This document shows, in pieces, positions 10,079-20,227 of a DNA stretch of 64,000 nucleotides; position 1 is the stretch's first letter, and each line of letters begins with the position of its first letter. Source of the DNA: a virus (Duplodnaviria > Caudoviricetes); IMG/VR virus record IMGVR_UViG_3300032167_000039, one strand, 5' to 3'. A program made the translations under genes and the position numbers. The notes under the pieces are model-generated. The model was not told where the DNA came from, made no database searches, and was given only the letters and a program-made list of their open reading frames with translations.

Positions 10079-11146
10079 TTAAATCCAAACTCCTTTTTTC
10101 ATAAGATTTTTAAATGTTTCTGGTCCTTTATCGAAGGGGCTTTCTTTTAGTTCTAATAAATTTTGCGAATCATAAATAAAACCCATTTTACATTTATTTT
10201 TATATCTTTCACAGATACTTTTTAATTTATTAAAATATTTATCTCTTTCTTTCCAAGTCTCTCCTTCTTTATCAAAGGCAATTAGAATTTTTTCTGCACC
10301 CGCTTTGATAAGAAGTTCAACTTGATGACTATGAAGTGTACTGCCGCAACAAGCAGTACAAATATTTTTATCTTTGCCAAACATTGTAGCATATTGCATT
10401 GGTGATTTTTCCGACTCTGCAATAATTGCCATTCTATATTTTTTAATATTATCTTTTACAATATTTAGTCCATAGACATTATACATAAGAGGATGAGAAT
10501 AAATTTTTCCCTCAATCTGTACTGGCATATATTTACCAATTGCAATATCTTCTTCATTGAGGGCGCGGCCACGAATTCCAATGAGGTTATTGTCTACATC
10601 ATAATGAGGAATTATAATTTTATTTTGTTCAATACAATATCTAATATTATATAATCTCATAATTTCTTCGCTTATTCCATCATTTAACCATTCTGGTGTG
10701 GCGGTGAAAGTGTAGATATTTAATAGACTTGGATTTAAAACTTCAAGATTGATTTCTGGTTTATCTATTTTATATCTATCATATTTAGATTCATAAATAG
10801 AATAAAATCCAGTGTCTTTCTTTTTAATTTTACTTCCATTAGCAATCTTTAAAACAATATCTTTATAGAAATTATATTCAATACCTAAAAGCTTATATCT
10901 TCTTTCAAATAAAGTAAAGATATTAAAATTATCTCCACATTCAGTATAACAATGAAATTTCTTATTCTTTTTATAATAATATAATTTCATACTAGCATCT
11001 GCAGGATCGACATTGTGACAAATAGTCTTAAAGACAATATAACTTCCTTTATCAACATATTCATCACTGCCCAATTCAGTGACCAATTCAATGACTCTCT
11101 CTGTAGTTAAATTATTTATTAACTCCTTTAAAGTTAATTCACTCAT
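10079..11146 (-). CDS. DNA primase (Zn-binding domain plus TOPRIM)
   Basis: TICHN...CYTEC zinc site; IIIPHYD..GIRGR; AESEKS; IAFDKE; next to the helicase. Confidence 0.85.
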   Translation of the reverse strand: MSELTLKELINNLTTERVIELVTELGSDEYVDKGSYIVFKTICHNVDPADASMKLYYYKKNKKFHCYTECGDNFNIFTLFERRYKLLGIEYNFYKDIVLKIANGSKIKKKDTGFYSIYESKYDRYKIDKPEINLEVLNPSLLNIYTFTATPEWLNDGISEEIMRLYNIRYCIEQNKIIIPHYDVDNNLIGIRGRALNEEDIAIGKYMPVQIEGKIYSHPLMYNVYGLNIVKDNIKKYRMAIIAESEKSPMQYATMFGKDKNICTACCGSTLHSHQVELLIKAGAEKILIAFDKEGETWKERDKYFNKLKSICERYKNKCKMGFIYDSQNLLELKESPFDKGPETFKNLMKKGVWI

Positions 11147-12831
11147 AATAAGTCACTAATGCTCCTTTCTTTTAATCTTTCTAATCTATCTCCGTCGTCA
11201 CCAAAAGCATTTACTAAACTGCCCAAAATATTCTCTGCATTTGGCTCAATATAGGCTTCAACTTCATCCAATAAAGAACCTGTCACTTCTCCTGTATTAT
11301 ATAGTTTTTCTAATTCCTTTAATGTTCCGTCTTCGTATGCTGTAAAATCTACTATAATAAAATTATCAACAGATTTCATATTTGCTGTTGTGATAAATAA
11401 ATCATGCTTTCTACAAGTACCTAAATCATGAACAGACCAAATACGCACCATATTCCAGCGCCCTCTTCTATTCTTATACACATCAGTGACTAAATTTGGA
11501 GTAAAACCAAAAGATTTTTTGAACTCTGCGACTTGATTAATTTCTTCAACTGACGGTCTCGACATAATGCAAGCAAAGTCTGCCAGATTGACAATGGCTT
11601 TTGAACCTTGTACATTTCTAAAATCTTTAAAGCCACCTTTGGGATCATCATCATTACTCAATTGAGTTGACGTTAGAATAAAGGCGTTTAATTCAACTGC
11701 AAGATTTTTCAATGTTGTTGTAAACATTCGAAGAGCTACGTCTTCTCTGATCTTTAAATCTCTATATTCATCAAGCATTGCAGGAGAAGAGAAGATATAG
11801 TCATAAAAGAAATTTTCAATTCCGTCTTGAAGATTTCTTCTTCTGAAAAGATTTTTAATAATTGAAGAACAAGGATCCGACACTTTCGCATAATTCATAT
11901 TATCTGCATATCTTTCCATAATATCCATTGCAGTTTGAATACGAGGATCGTTTTCATCAAAAGTTCCATAAGTAAAAATATCTTCATTATAACCTGTAAG
12001 ATAAGCCATAATCATTGTATCAATTTCTTCTGTATCTTGCTCTGTCATAACATATAAAACTTTTTCACAACTTCCAGTTGATACCCACTTTCCCACTCTT
12101 GGATCAAATCTAATTGGATAAGCAATATGACAGGCATCCCCCACCATTGAACGAGTCTTACCTACGCCACTACCCGCTGAACGAATATATAACTTACCTT
12201 TTCTGCCGCCACGGGTAATTGTGTTGAAAATTTCTCCCTGAAGCATACAACCAATTTCTGGCTTTTCCTTCCATTCTTTAACTCTTTGTCTAATAGAGTC
12301 TGATGGGCGGCTTTCTTCTGCTATATTATTAAGAACATATCTGTTTTCTATGTTCGCTATTTTCGATTTTAATATATTAACGACATCAACAGCATGCATT
12401 CTTTCAAATCTATTATTTATTTCGGTATATCTTTCATTTAAGATATCTTCGCAATAAATTTCGTCAATGTCGTCTTTTGAAAGTTGAAGCTCTCTAATTA
12501 AATTAAATTTCTTTAATTTATTATAATAATAATTAAAATTACTAACTTCACTTTCAATTTCACAGTCTTGGAGTAAACTCAATCCATTTTCTTTCTCCAT
12601 TAACTGTTTTGCTAAACTATTTTGTTGAAGATAATTATCAACATCTGCCGCATGAATCTTTTCTGCACCATTTACATATAAGTTATAGATTGCAGAAAAA
12701 ATAAATTTATCAAGCTGTTGAGTGAAATCACCAGGTTCAAGAAAATATTTATCTGTTTCACTTAGTAATTCAGGCTTACTCATTAGTCCACCCAAAACTT
12801 GAATAATAGTATGTCTATCTACTTGAATTAT
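11143..12831 (-). CDS. dnaB: DnaB-like replicative helicase
   Basis: Walker A AGSGVGKT, FYDYI, TSTQL, KNRRG. The frame is open upstream to ATA at 12831, 6 nt after a GGGGTGA RBS; the ORF track starts it at TTG 12795. Confidence 0.88.
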   Translation of the reverse strand: MIQVDRHTIIQVLGGLMSKPELLSETDKYFLEPGDFTQQLDKFIFSAIYNLYVNGAEKIHAADVDNYLQQNSLAKQLMEKENGLSLLQDCEIESEVSNFNYYYNKLKKFNLIRELQLSKDDIDEIYCEDILNERYTEINNRFERMHAVDVVNILKSKIANIENRYVLNNIAEESRPSDSIRQRVKEWKEKPEIGCMLQGEIFNTITRGGRKGKLYIRSAGSGVGKTRSMVGDACHIAYPIRFDPRVGKWVSTGSCEKVLYVMTEQDTEEIDTMIMAYLTGYNEDIFTYGTFDENDPRIQTAMDIMERYADNMNYAKVSDPCSSIIKNLFRRRNLQDGIENFFYDYIFSSPAMLDEYRDLKIREDVALRMFTTTLKNLAVELNAFILTSTQLSNDDDPKGGFKDFRNVQGSKAIVNLADFACIMSRPSVEEINQVAEFKKSFGFTPNLVTDVYKNRRGRWNMVRIWSVHDLGTCRKHDLFITTANMKSVDNFIIVDFTAYEDGTLKELEKLYNTGEVTGSLLDEVEAYIEPNAENILGSLVNAFGDDGDRLERLKERSISDLL

Positions 12832-12844
12832 GGTAACTCACCCC

Positions 12845-13549
12845 TTAGATTGTATCTAAATTAATTTCTTTTTTCTTTTTCTTTTTCCCAATATAATCAG
12901 AGGGAGTATATTTAATTTCTAAACGGTCTTTTTCGAGTTGTCTCTGAATTGCTTCTCCAATTTCCTTTTGCTGTTGTTCAATTTTAGAATAATACATTCT
13001 CGCCTCGTCATAGATAAAAGGAATAATACCAATTGAACCATTGGATTTCTTTGTTGTATTCTTCTTCACTTCATAAAAATATTTCAAAGTCAGCAATTGA
13101 CCTCTGTAAGTCATACCTTGATTTTTAAACTTCATCATCTGAGTGATATTCCAATCACTTACTGGCTTATCTTCGCTTGACTGTCCGAACAGACGATAAA
13201 TATAATACCATAATGCATCTCTGTCGTCATTCATCTGCTTACTTAAAGCAACATTTTCTTCAGATAAATGATTCTTTACTGTCGTTGAAGAGATTCCAAG
13301 ACGGCGAGCAACCTCACTCATATTTTTACATTGTGCATATTCTTGGTTAATCTTTTCAATAAGCTCTGGAGTTACTTTTACTCGTGTCTTTTTCTTTTCT
13401 TCAACTGGGGCGGCATTAATTACAGTTAGATATTTATTAACACTTGCCACAGAGATGTTAAGTCTTCTAGCTACCTCGGCTTTATTTTTCAATTCTTCAT
13501 ATAAAATTGGAATTTGTGAAATTACTTCACTTGATAATTTTACTCCCAT
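12845..13549 (-). CDS. tandem HTH DNA-binding protein, possible helicase loader or initiator
   Basis: Two repeats, NKAEVARRLNISVASVNKYL and NMSEVARRLGISSTTVKNHL; first gene of the helicase-primase operon. Confidence 0.65.
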   Translation of the reverse strand: MGVKLSSEVISQIPILYEELKNKAEVARRLNISVASVNKYLTVINAAPVEEKKKTRVKVTPELIEKINQEYAQCKNMSEVARRLGISSTTVKNHLSEENVALSKQMNDDRDALWYYIYRLFGQSSEDKPVSDWNITQMMKFKNQGMTYRGQLLTLKYFYEVKKNTTKKSNGSIGIIPFIYDEARMYYSKIEQQQKEIGEAIQRQLEKDRLEIKYTPSDYIGKKKKKKEINLDTI

Positions 13550-13654
13550 CCTATCTCACCTTTCATTTTTATTTCTAATATAATTATATCATAAATTATA
13601 TTAAAAGTCAAGAGAAAAGGCTCTACTAAACATGGTTTAATAGAGCCGCAATAT

Positions 13655-14902
13655 TTATATGCCTGAAATAATATCATCGAGGAATTGCGCGGCTTGAGCT
13701 GTTTTACTTCTTTCAGTTGTTACTAACTTAACAGTAGCAAACATCTTTGAATAAATTGGAGATTTACGAAGATTGAGCAATAGCTTAAGTCCATTTTTAT
13801 TTCTAAAAAGCTGACTATCAGATTGCTTAATATCTCCATCAAAGAAGATTCTTGTGCCATCTCCACAACGAGCAATAAGTAACTTAATATGATCTTCAGT
13901 AAGATTTTGGCTTTCATTAACGATTACAATAGAATCAGTAAAACTTCTACCTCTAATAAAGCCCATTGGAACAATTTCGAGCTGATCTATTGCCAACATA
14001 TTTTGAACTTGATCAATACCAACCAAATCAATAAGTGGGCCTATTTGTCCTTCAATTTTTGCCAGAAGTTCTCCAGGCAATGCTCCTAAATCCATAGTAT
14101 TTTCAGTAAAAGCATTATTTGGAACATAAACAATTTTCTTAATATGACCTTTTTCTAATTCTTGAATTGCATAGTTATTAAGAATAAAAGACTTTCCTCG
14201 TCCAAAGCCGCCGCCGGCATAAATAATCGTATTTTCTTTATTGGCAAGGGCATCAAATAAACAAGTTTGTTCTGTATTTCTTGGTACAATACAGTTAATC
14301 CATTGATTACAAATCTTTTTTTCTTTTACTGGTATAAGCTTATTATCCTTACAAATAAACTCGCCCATAACAGTATAATTTTCTTCTCCATGCTTATCAA
14401 TATAAGGATTATTAAGATCCTTAACAATTAAATACTGATTTTCATATAGCTCTAAGCCTTCTGGAATCTCTCCTGTTGTAAATACTTTTTCCAAATCTTC
14501 ATTATAAAGATTTTCATCTGTCTTAATATACCAGTATTCTACGCCAGTATAATCATCTTTATTGCTATATCCTTTAGTTTCAATTCCCTCAATAGTTGCA
14601 CGAACTTTGAGATAAACATCATTTGTTACAAGTGTGCCTCCGCTTTCTTTGGCAATTCTAAGAAGTTGGTCATCAACGGGGATGCCCCACTTCTCACAGT
14701 CTGCTGTAAAATTAATCTTCTCTAAATTTCGAGAGATATATACGGCGGCGCGACGAGCATTAAAAGCAATGTCGTTATTAATGTGCTTCTTTAAGCCATC
14801 AAGTTCTTTAAGCACGCTTGTTGCAATAATTAGTTGATTATTTTTATCTTCAACTACTTGAGGATAATCAAGCAGTACATTTGAGTCAATTATAAGTATC
14901 AT
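13655..14902 (-). CDS. phoH: PIN-PhoH fusion protein
   Basis: N-terminal PIN (IIDSNVLL..ELDGLK..DD..TND); PhoH ATPase GGFGRGKS, RGRSF, NESQN, GDIKQSD. Confidence 0.9.
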   Translation of the reverse strand: MILIIDSNVLLDYPQVVEDKNNQLIIATSVLKELDGLKKHINNDIAFNARRAAVYISRNLEKINFTADCEKWGIPVDDQLLRIAKESGGTLVTNDVYLKVRATIEGIETKGYSNKDDYTGVEYWYIKTDENLYNEDLEKVFTTGEIPEGLELYENQYLIVKDLNNPYIDKHGEENYTVMGEFICKDNKLIPVKEKKICNQWINCIVPRNTEQTCLFDALANKENTIIYAGGGFGRGKSFILNNYAIQELEKGHIKKIVYVPNNAFTENTMDLGALPGELLAKIEGQIGPLIDLVGIDQVQNMLAIDQLEIVPMGFIRGRSFTDSIVIVNESQNLTEDHIKLLIARCGDGTRIFFDGDIKQSDSQLFRNKNGLKLLLNLRKSPIYSKMFATVKLVTTERSKTAQAAQFLDDIISGI

Positions 14903-14953
14903 AGCGCCTCCTTAAAAACAAATGGGAGAGAAGTTTCCTCCTCTCCCTTTATA

Positions 14954-15925
14954 TTAAACCAATTCTTTGATTCTTGTTAATGCACGATCAAATTGGTCAA
15001 TCTGGTCTGGAAGAATTTCAGAAAATTTCGTTGGCTTACCAAACTCTTCATTAAGAATTGTAAGAGCCTGTTCTGTTTTTTCCGCTTGAACCACCTTTCC
15101 CCAAACTTGCTTTGCCTCATCCATCATATAGTCAAAATCCTTTACAAGATAAGGATTCTCATCATTTGTAGCTTCTCCGCCACTGTGCTTAACTTCTTCA
15201 TCAACTGCGTCATAAATCGCATTGACAAATTCATTATAATCCAAATGAATTTTTGGTGTAATATATTTAAAACGAGATTTAGAAAGGAATCTTTCATCTC
15301 CTCTGAAGAAGACAAATCTTTCTCTTTCAATGGTGTCTCCCTTTTGAATAGGAATTTCTCGAATGTAACCGATAATATCTACCATCTTATTGATTAACTG
15401 GAATGGACGATTAGGAAGTGCAGGAACGATCTTATTATATTCCTTTCCATTATCATCAGTGTATGGCTTTTCTGTTTCGTGAGAAATAAAGATTAAACCA
15501 TAACCAGCATATGCCAGCTCTCTAAAGGGAGCCATAAAATTATCATCAACAATCTTATAGCCACCACCAAATGCCGCAATATCCTTAACTGTTTCTACAC
15601 CAGCCTGATTGCAAGACCAGCGCTCGCAAAGTTTAAAAGCTTCATCTGCTGTATCAATTACAATGGTATAAAACTTTTCCTTAAGAGCTTCATTTTTTGT
15701 CAGCTGAGAAACAACCTGTCTCATGTCTTGCCAAGTCTTAATTGGCTGAACATAAACGTTGTTCAAAGCATTTGTACCAGCTTCGCATCCAAGAATAAGA
15801 GATTTCTCAAACTTAGATGCAAGTGTAGTTTTACCTACACCTGCCGCGCCATAAAACAAGGAAAACTTACCCTTAAGATTTCTACTAATCTGTTGTGGTT
15901 CAAGTGCCAATAAATCAATTGCCAT
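14954..15925 (-). CDS. AAA_24 / Sak4-like ATPase (annealing or recombination protein)
   Basis: YGAAGVGKTT, IVIDT, FISHE, VDIIGY; adjacent to the SSB. Confidence 0.8.
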   Translation of the reverse strand: MAIDLLALEPQQISRNLKGKFSLFYGAAGVGKTTLASKFEKSLILGCEAGTNALNNVYVQPIKTWQDMRQVVSQLTKNEALKEKFYTIVIDTADEAFKLCERWSCNQAGVETVKDIAAFGGGYKIVDDNFMAPFRELAYAGYGLIFISHETEKPYTDDNGKEYNKIVPALPNRPFQLINKMVDIIGYIREIPIQKGDTIERERFVFFRGDERFLSKSRFKYITPKIHLDYNEFVNAIYDAVDEEVKHSGGEATNDENPYLVKDFDYMMDEAKQVWGKVVQAEKTEQALTILNEEFGKPTKFSEILPDQIDQFDRALTRIKELV

Positions 15926-15967
15926 ATTTCTCCCTCCTTTTTACCATTAAGTCTTATATTGGATTAA

Positions 15968-16858
15968 TTAAAATCCAACATTAAAAGACTTATTGGCTGA
16001 AGAGGTTGCAGGCTTCTTTTCTGAAAGCTTATCAATGCGAGTCTGTCTTTCATCAAGAGCAAGTTTAATTGCATCCATGTCGTAAGAAAGCTCTTCATCG
16101 AGACCTGTGGGACTACCACCAGTGATGATAAGTTCACGCTTAGACTCTGTACGAGTACGCTTAATAGGCTCGCCGAATCCCTGTTCCTCAGTCCATGTTT
16201 TAACTGTGTAAGACATATTTACAATACCAGTAAGAGTTACTGTATCACCCTTTTCCCAGTTGTTACGGATGTGATTTACCGCTGTAGGATTCTCTGCAAT
16301 AAGCTGAATAACATCTGCCTTACCAAGATAACCTACTACAATAAACTTAAGAATAAGTCTGCCAGTTTCATTACCATCCTTATCCATCTCATCTCTAATG
16401 TCTCCAACTACACCAGAAAGCTCAAAAGTTGCCTTTTCCTCATCCTCAGGGCCAGCTTTCTTCATAAAATTAGAAGAAATCTGGAAAGCAGTTCTCAACT
16501 GATTTGTAGTCTTATCAAGCCACATATTTTCCTGAAGCTGTCCGCCGTTAATGACAACCTTGGAAGCCTGAGATGGGGTCTCTGCTGCGGCGAGAGAAGT
16601 AAAATCTTCCTTCATCTTAACAATGCCATCATAAACAACATTCTTTCCGCCGTCCTTCTTAAGTCTCATTGAAAACATTCTAATAGGAATAATATTCTCA
16701 ACATGCTTGCCACCAATCTCCTGATCTACCTTAATTGAAGCAGTACCCTGTACATACTCCTTACCTTCTCCCGATACCTTTTCCTCAATATTAAGTTCAT
16801 TAAGTGTACCCATAATTGTAACTCTATTTGTAGACTGTACCTTTTTAATATCCAACAT
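15968..16858 (-). CDS. single-stranded DNA-binding protein (double OB fold)
   Basis: NRVTIMGTL and second OB segment KGDTVTLTG; C-terminal Phe; next to Sak4-like gene. Confidence 0.7.
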   Translation of the reverse strand: MLDIKKVQSTNRVTIMGTLNELNIEEKVSGEGKEYVQGTASIKVDQEIGGKHVENIIPIRMFSMRLKKDGGKNVVYDGIVKMKEDFTSLAAAETPSQASKVVINGGQLQENMWLDKTTNQLRTAFQISSNFMKKAGPEDEEKATFELSGVVGDIRDEMDKDGNETGRLILKFIVVGYLGKADVIQLIAENPTAVNHIRNNWEKGDTVTLTGIVNMSYTVKTWTEEQGFGEPIKRTRTESKRELIITGGSPTGLDEELSYDMDAIKLALDERQTRIDKLSEKKPATSSANKSFNVGF

Positions 16859-16968
16859 AAATATATTCCTCCAAAAAACTTTTAATTAATTCATAAATTA
16901 TTCATAAATAATGGGTTAAGAAAATAGTGGGGAGAGACAAGCTCTCTCCACTTTATTTCAATTTTGGA

Positions 16969-17274
16969 TTACTCCTCAACATCAGCGTCGGGATCAAATG
17001 CCATACCTGCCTCTGTCAAGCAGAAATAGCTTACTTCCTTAGTCTTTGTCTTGCCGTCCTCAGTCTCAATTTCAACTGTCTCCTTAAAACGCTCAGCATA
17101 ACCCTTCTTAACAAGACCAGTTACAGAACCAGTTACAGAACCAGCCTTCTCAAAGCCGAGAGCCTCCTGAACTTCCTTAGTTGTAAACTTTACGCCAGCA
17201 CCTGCGCTCTTGAGATACTCAAATACCTTTCTGCTTCCTTCAGTCATCTTTGTCTTTGCCATAATAAAAATCAC
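16969..17274 (-). CDS. small winged-helix DNA-binding protein
   Basis: FTTKEVQEALG...VTGLVKKGYAER wHTH pattern; own sigmaA promoter and terminator. Confidence 0.7.
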   Translation of the reverse strand: MIFIMAKTKMTEGSRKVFEYLKSAGAGVKFTTKEVQEALGFEKAGSVTGSVTGLVKKGYAERFKETVEIETEDGKTKTKEVSYFCLTEAGMAFDPDADVEE

Positions 17275-17390
17275 TCCTTAAAAATTTAAAATATTATTTT
17301 ATATTTAAATAGCAGGTTCTGCTATTTATTAACTTTATGTATTTATTATATCATATCCTTTTACGAAAGTCAAATTTTTAACTTTCAAAC

Positions 17391-17762
17391 TTATTCAGTT
17401 GACTTTGCCATAAGAGTTTTAATTATCGCCTGTGCCTGCTCTACTGCAAGAGTTAAGTTTTTAATCTGGGATTGCCAACTTTCTGCCATATAAACAAAGC
17501 CCAAAGCAACATAATTAACTTCTTCCAATGATAAATTAAAGTCATTATTAATAAGCTTTCTTCTAACAGATTCAAACTTATCTGCATCATCACGAAGTTC
17601 AAGGATAAACTTCTCTAACTTTGCATCAGGAGTTAGTCCCTCCTTAAGCTTACCATTTTCAAAATAATCATCTGTTAGCTTATAAATTTTATCAAGATAA
17701 ACATTGAGCGCGGCGATGGCCGCCTCTCTGTTATCTCTAATTAAGTTAATCTTTTCTATCAT
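17391..17762 (-). CDS. hypothetical helical protein
   Basis: 123-aa ORF with its own TTGACT-17-TATAAT promoter. Confidence 0.65.
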   Translation of the reverse strand: MIEKINLIRDNREAAIAALNVYLDKIYKLTDDYFENGKLKEGLTPDAKLEKFILELRDDADKFESVRRKLINNDFNLSLEEVNYVALGFVYMAESWQSQIKNLTLAVEQAQAIIKTLMAKSTE

Positions 17763-17807
17763 TTTTCTACCTCTATTATATCGTATTTCAAAGTAAAAGT
17801 CAAATTT

Positions 17808-20171
17808 TTAACCTCGAATTAGGTCAACAACATAATCTCCATCATTAAGAGTTATTGCTTTAACACCTGTTGCATCTCGAGAGAGATTTCTCAGTTCAGA
17901 AGTATTAAATTTGATTGTTCCTTTATTACTTATACTTATTATATCACAGTCTTCTGATAAAGTCAAGAAATCAACAATAAAGTCATTGTCTCGAGTACCA
18001 GAAATTTTTCTGCCTTTGATTCCTCTATTACATACAGGAAATTCTTCGAGAGAAGTTTTCTTAGTGAGGCCGCCACGAGATATAGTAACGAGCATATTGT
18101 CCTTTTGACAAATAACATGGGAACTAATTACTTTATCATCAGTACCAAGTTTAATTGCTCTGACGCCTGCAGTAGCTCTACCAATCGGATTAATTTCTTC
18201 TGTTTCAATTATAACAAAATTTCCTTCAGAAGTCAAAATTCCGACTTTTTCATCGTTTACAAAATGAACGCTTACTACTTCATCATCATCCTTAAGATTA
18301 ATTGCTTTTAAAGATTTTCCACGACGATGTTCATATTCTGTAGCCTTTGTTTTCTTTATCATACCATTTTTCGTAATAAAAGTAAAATATTTAACTTGGC
18401 TTTTTCGTGCAATTGAAGTTGCAGTTGTAATATGTTCACCAACTTCAAATTCAAAGAATTGAGCTACATTTACTTTTGAGTTTACAGGAAGATCATCAAT
18501 ACTAAGAGAATACATCTTTCCCTTGTTTGAGAATATAAGTAGAGAGCTGAAATTAGTATCATTAAGTGTCTGAACAATTGCTTCATTGTTTGCTAATTTA
18601 ACTTTTGTACCCTTGCCGCCGCGGCGAGAAGTCATAAGAGTTGTTGATTCTTGAGTGTAGATATTGCCAAGATTTGTGAAATGAATAAGAAGTTCCTTTT
18701 TTTCAATAGGTTCTGCATCATCATCCTCATCTTTAGCAATCAAATCCATTAATCTTGTTCGTCTCTCATCTCCAAATTTCTTCATAACTGCTCTCATTCC
18801 GGCTTCAATTTCTTTATAAAGAAGATCGGTGTTATTAAGAATATTTGTAATATTTTCTGCTTCGCCAAGAATCTTAGTTTTTTCATCTTTTAAAGATTGA
18901 ATTTCAAGACCAATAAGGCGGCTTAGAGGCATTTTAAGAATTGCATCTACCTGCTCTGTATTAAAATCATATTTTTCGATAAGTTTTTTCTTTGCTTCGT
19001 CTTTATTGTTAGACGAGCGAATAATATTAACAACATCGTCAACATTTGCAATTGCGAGTAATAATCCATCAATAATATTGACTCTTGCCATAATTTTGTC
19101 GTAATCATACTGATACATATGACATTTACAAGAAATCTCATGGTCAATATGTGCAAGTAGAGCTTCTTTCCACCCATATACCTTAGGAAAACGCCCATCT
19201 TCAAGCATCACCATATTAATAGTATAACTATCTTCCAGAGAAGTAAGCTTAAAAAGTTGCTTGATTAATTTTGATGGATTGATATTTTTTTCGAGAGATA
19301 CTTTAATATTAGATGTACTCTTTGATAAATCAAGAATCTTGGCGATACCAATTAATTCTCCAGTTTCAACTAAAGTCTTAATTTGTTCCATAATTTTTCC
19401 TACATGAACTCCATAAGGAATTTCTGTAAAATAAATACAATTCTCTTTATCGTCATATTCAGCTGTACTACGTAATCTAACAGAACCTCCACAGCCACTT
19501 TTCATAATTTCCTTTACTTTTGAAGCATTAAGAATTGTTCCACCAGTACAAAAATCTGGTGCGCAGTAGATTTCATCAAAATCAATATCTCTATTCCAAA
19601 GCAATTTAATCATAGCTTCATTTACTTCATTTAAATTAAATTGTGGAATTGAACTTGCAAGTCCCGTTGCGATACCAGTAGTTCCATTACAAATATTATA
19701 AAAACCAAGAGACGGCACTACTGCGGGAAACTGCTCCGTATCATCATAGTTATCAAACCATTCCTCGATACAGTGTTTGTCAATACCATCAAAAAGAAGA
19801 TAGCCAAGCTCGCCTAATCTCATTTCTGTATAACGAGGCGCAGATGCTTTTCCATCTGTCACTCGACCATACTGTCCATCAAAATCTTCAAGAACATATC
19901 TCATACTAAAAGGCTGAGCCATTCTTACCATAAGATCGTAGCAGGCTGCATCGCCATGAACATAAAAATGATCCATGGCGGCAGCAACAGATTTTGTAGA
20001 TTTCTTAAATGGTTTTTTATAAGTAATTTTATCAAGATATTGAGCATAAGTACACTGACGTGCAGCGGGCTTTAAACAGTCTCTTGCATCAATAATAGCT
20101 CTCTCTTGAATGGTCATTCCAGCATAGGTTGAAAAACTATCTTCAACTATATTAAGTAAATTAATATCCAT
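17808..20171 (-). CDS. gyrA: DNA gyrase subunit A
   Basis: RDCLKP, HGD, catalytic APRYTE, GyrA-box-like SRRGGKG, beta-pinwheel CTD repeats. Confidence 0.93.
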   Translation of the reverse strand: MDINLLNIVEDSFSTYAGMTIQERAIIDARDCLKPAARQCTYAQYLDKITYKKPFKKSTKSVAAAMDHFYVHGDAACYDLMVRMAQPFSMRYVLEDFDGQYGRVTDGKASAPRYTEMRLGELGYLLFDGIDKHCIEEWFDNYDDTEQFPAVVPSLGFYNICNGTTGIATGLASSIPQFNLNEVNEAMIKLLWNRDIDFDEIYCAPDFCTGGTILNASKVKEIMKSGCGGSVRLRSTAEYDDKENCIYFTEIPYGVHVGKIMEQIKTLVETGELIGIAKILDLSKSTSNIKVSLEKNINPSKLIKQLFKLTSLEDSYTINMVMLEDGRFPKVYGWKEALLAHIDHEISCKCHMYQYDYDKIMARVNIIDGLLLAIANVDDVVNIIRSSNNKDEAKKKLIEKYDFNTEQVDAILKMPLSRLIGLEIQSLKDEKTKILGEAENITNILNNTDLLYKEIEAGMRAVMKKFGDERRTRLMDLIAKDEDDDAEPIEKKELLIHFTNLGNIYTQESTTLMTSRRGGKGTKVKLANNEAIVQTLNDTNFSSLLIFSNKGKMYSLSIDDLPVNSKVNVAQFFEFEVGEHITTATSIARKSQVKYFTFITKNGMIKKTKATEYEHRRGKSLKAINLKDDDEVVSVHFVNDEKVGILTSEGNFVIIETEEINPIGRATAGVRAIKLGTDDKVISSHVICQKDNMLVTISRGGLTKKTSLEEFPVCNRGIKGRKISGTRDNDFIVDFLTLSEDCDIISISNKGTIKFNTSELRNLSRDATGVKAITLNDGDYVVDLIRG

Positions 20172-20227
20172 TTTCTCACTCCTTTTCTAATATTAGTATA
20201 TCATATTTTTTTTAAATAATCAAGTAA

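Noticed and set aside
17116-17144. 12-bp tandem repeat ACCAGTTACAGA
   Set aside because: It encodes GSVT-GSVT-G within the wHTH gene, with no sign of a separate function.
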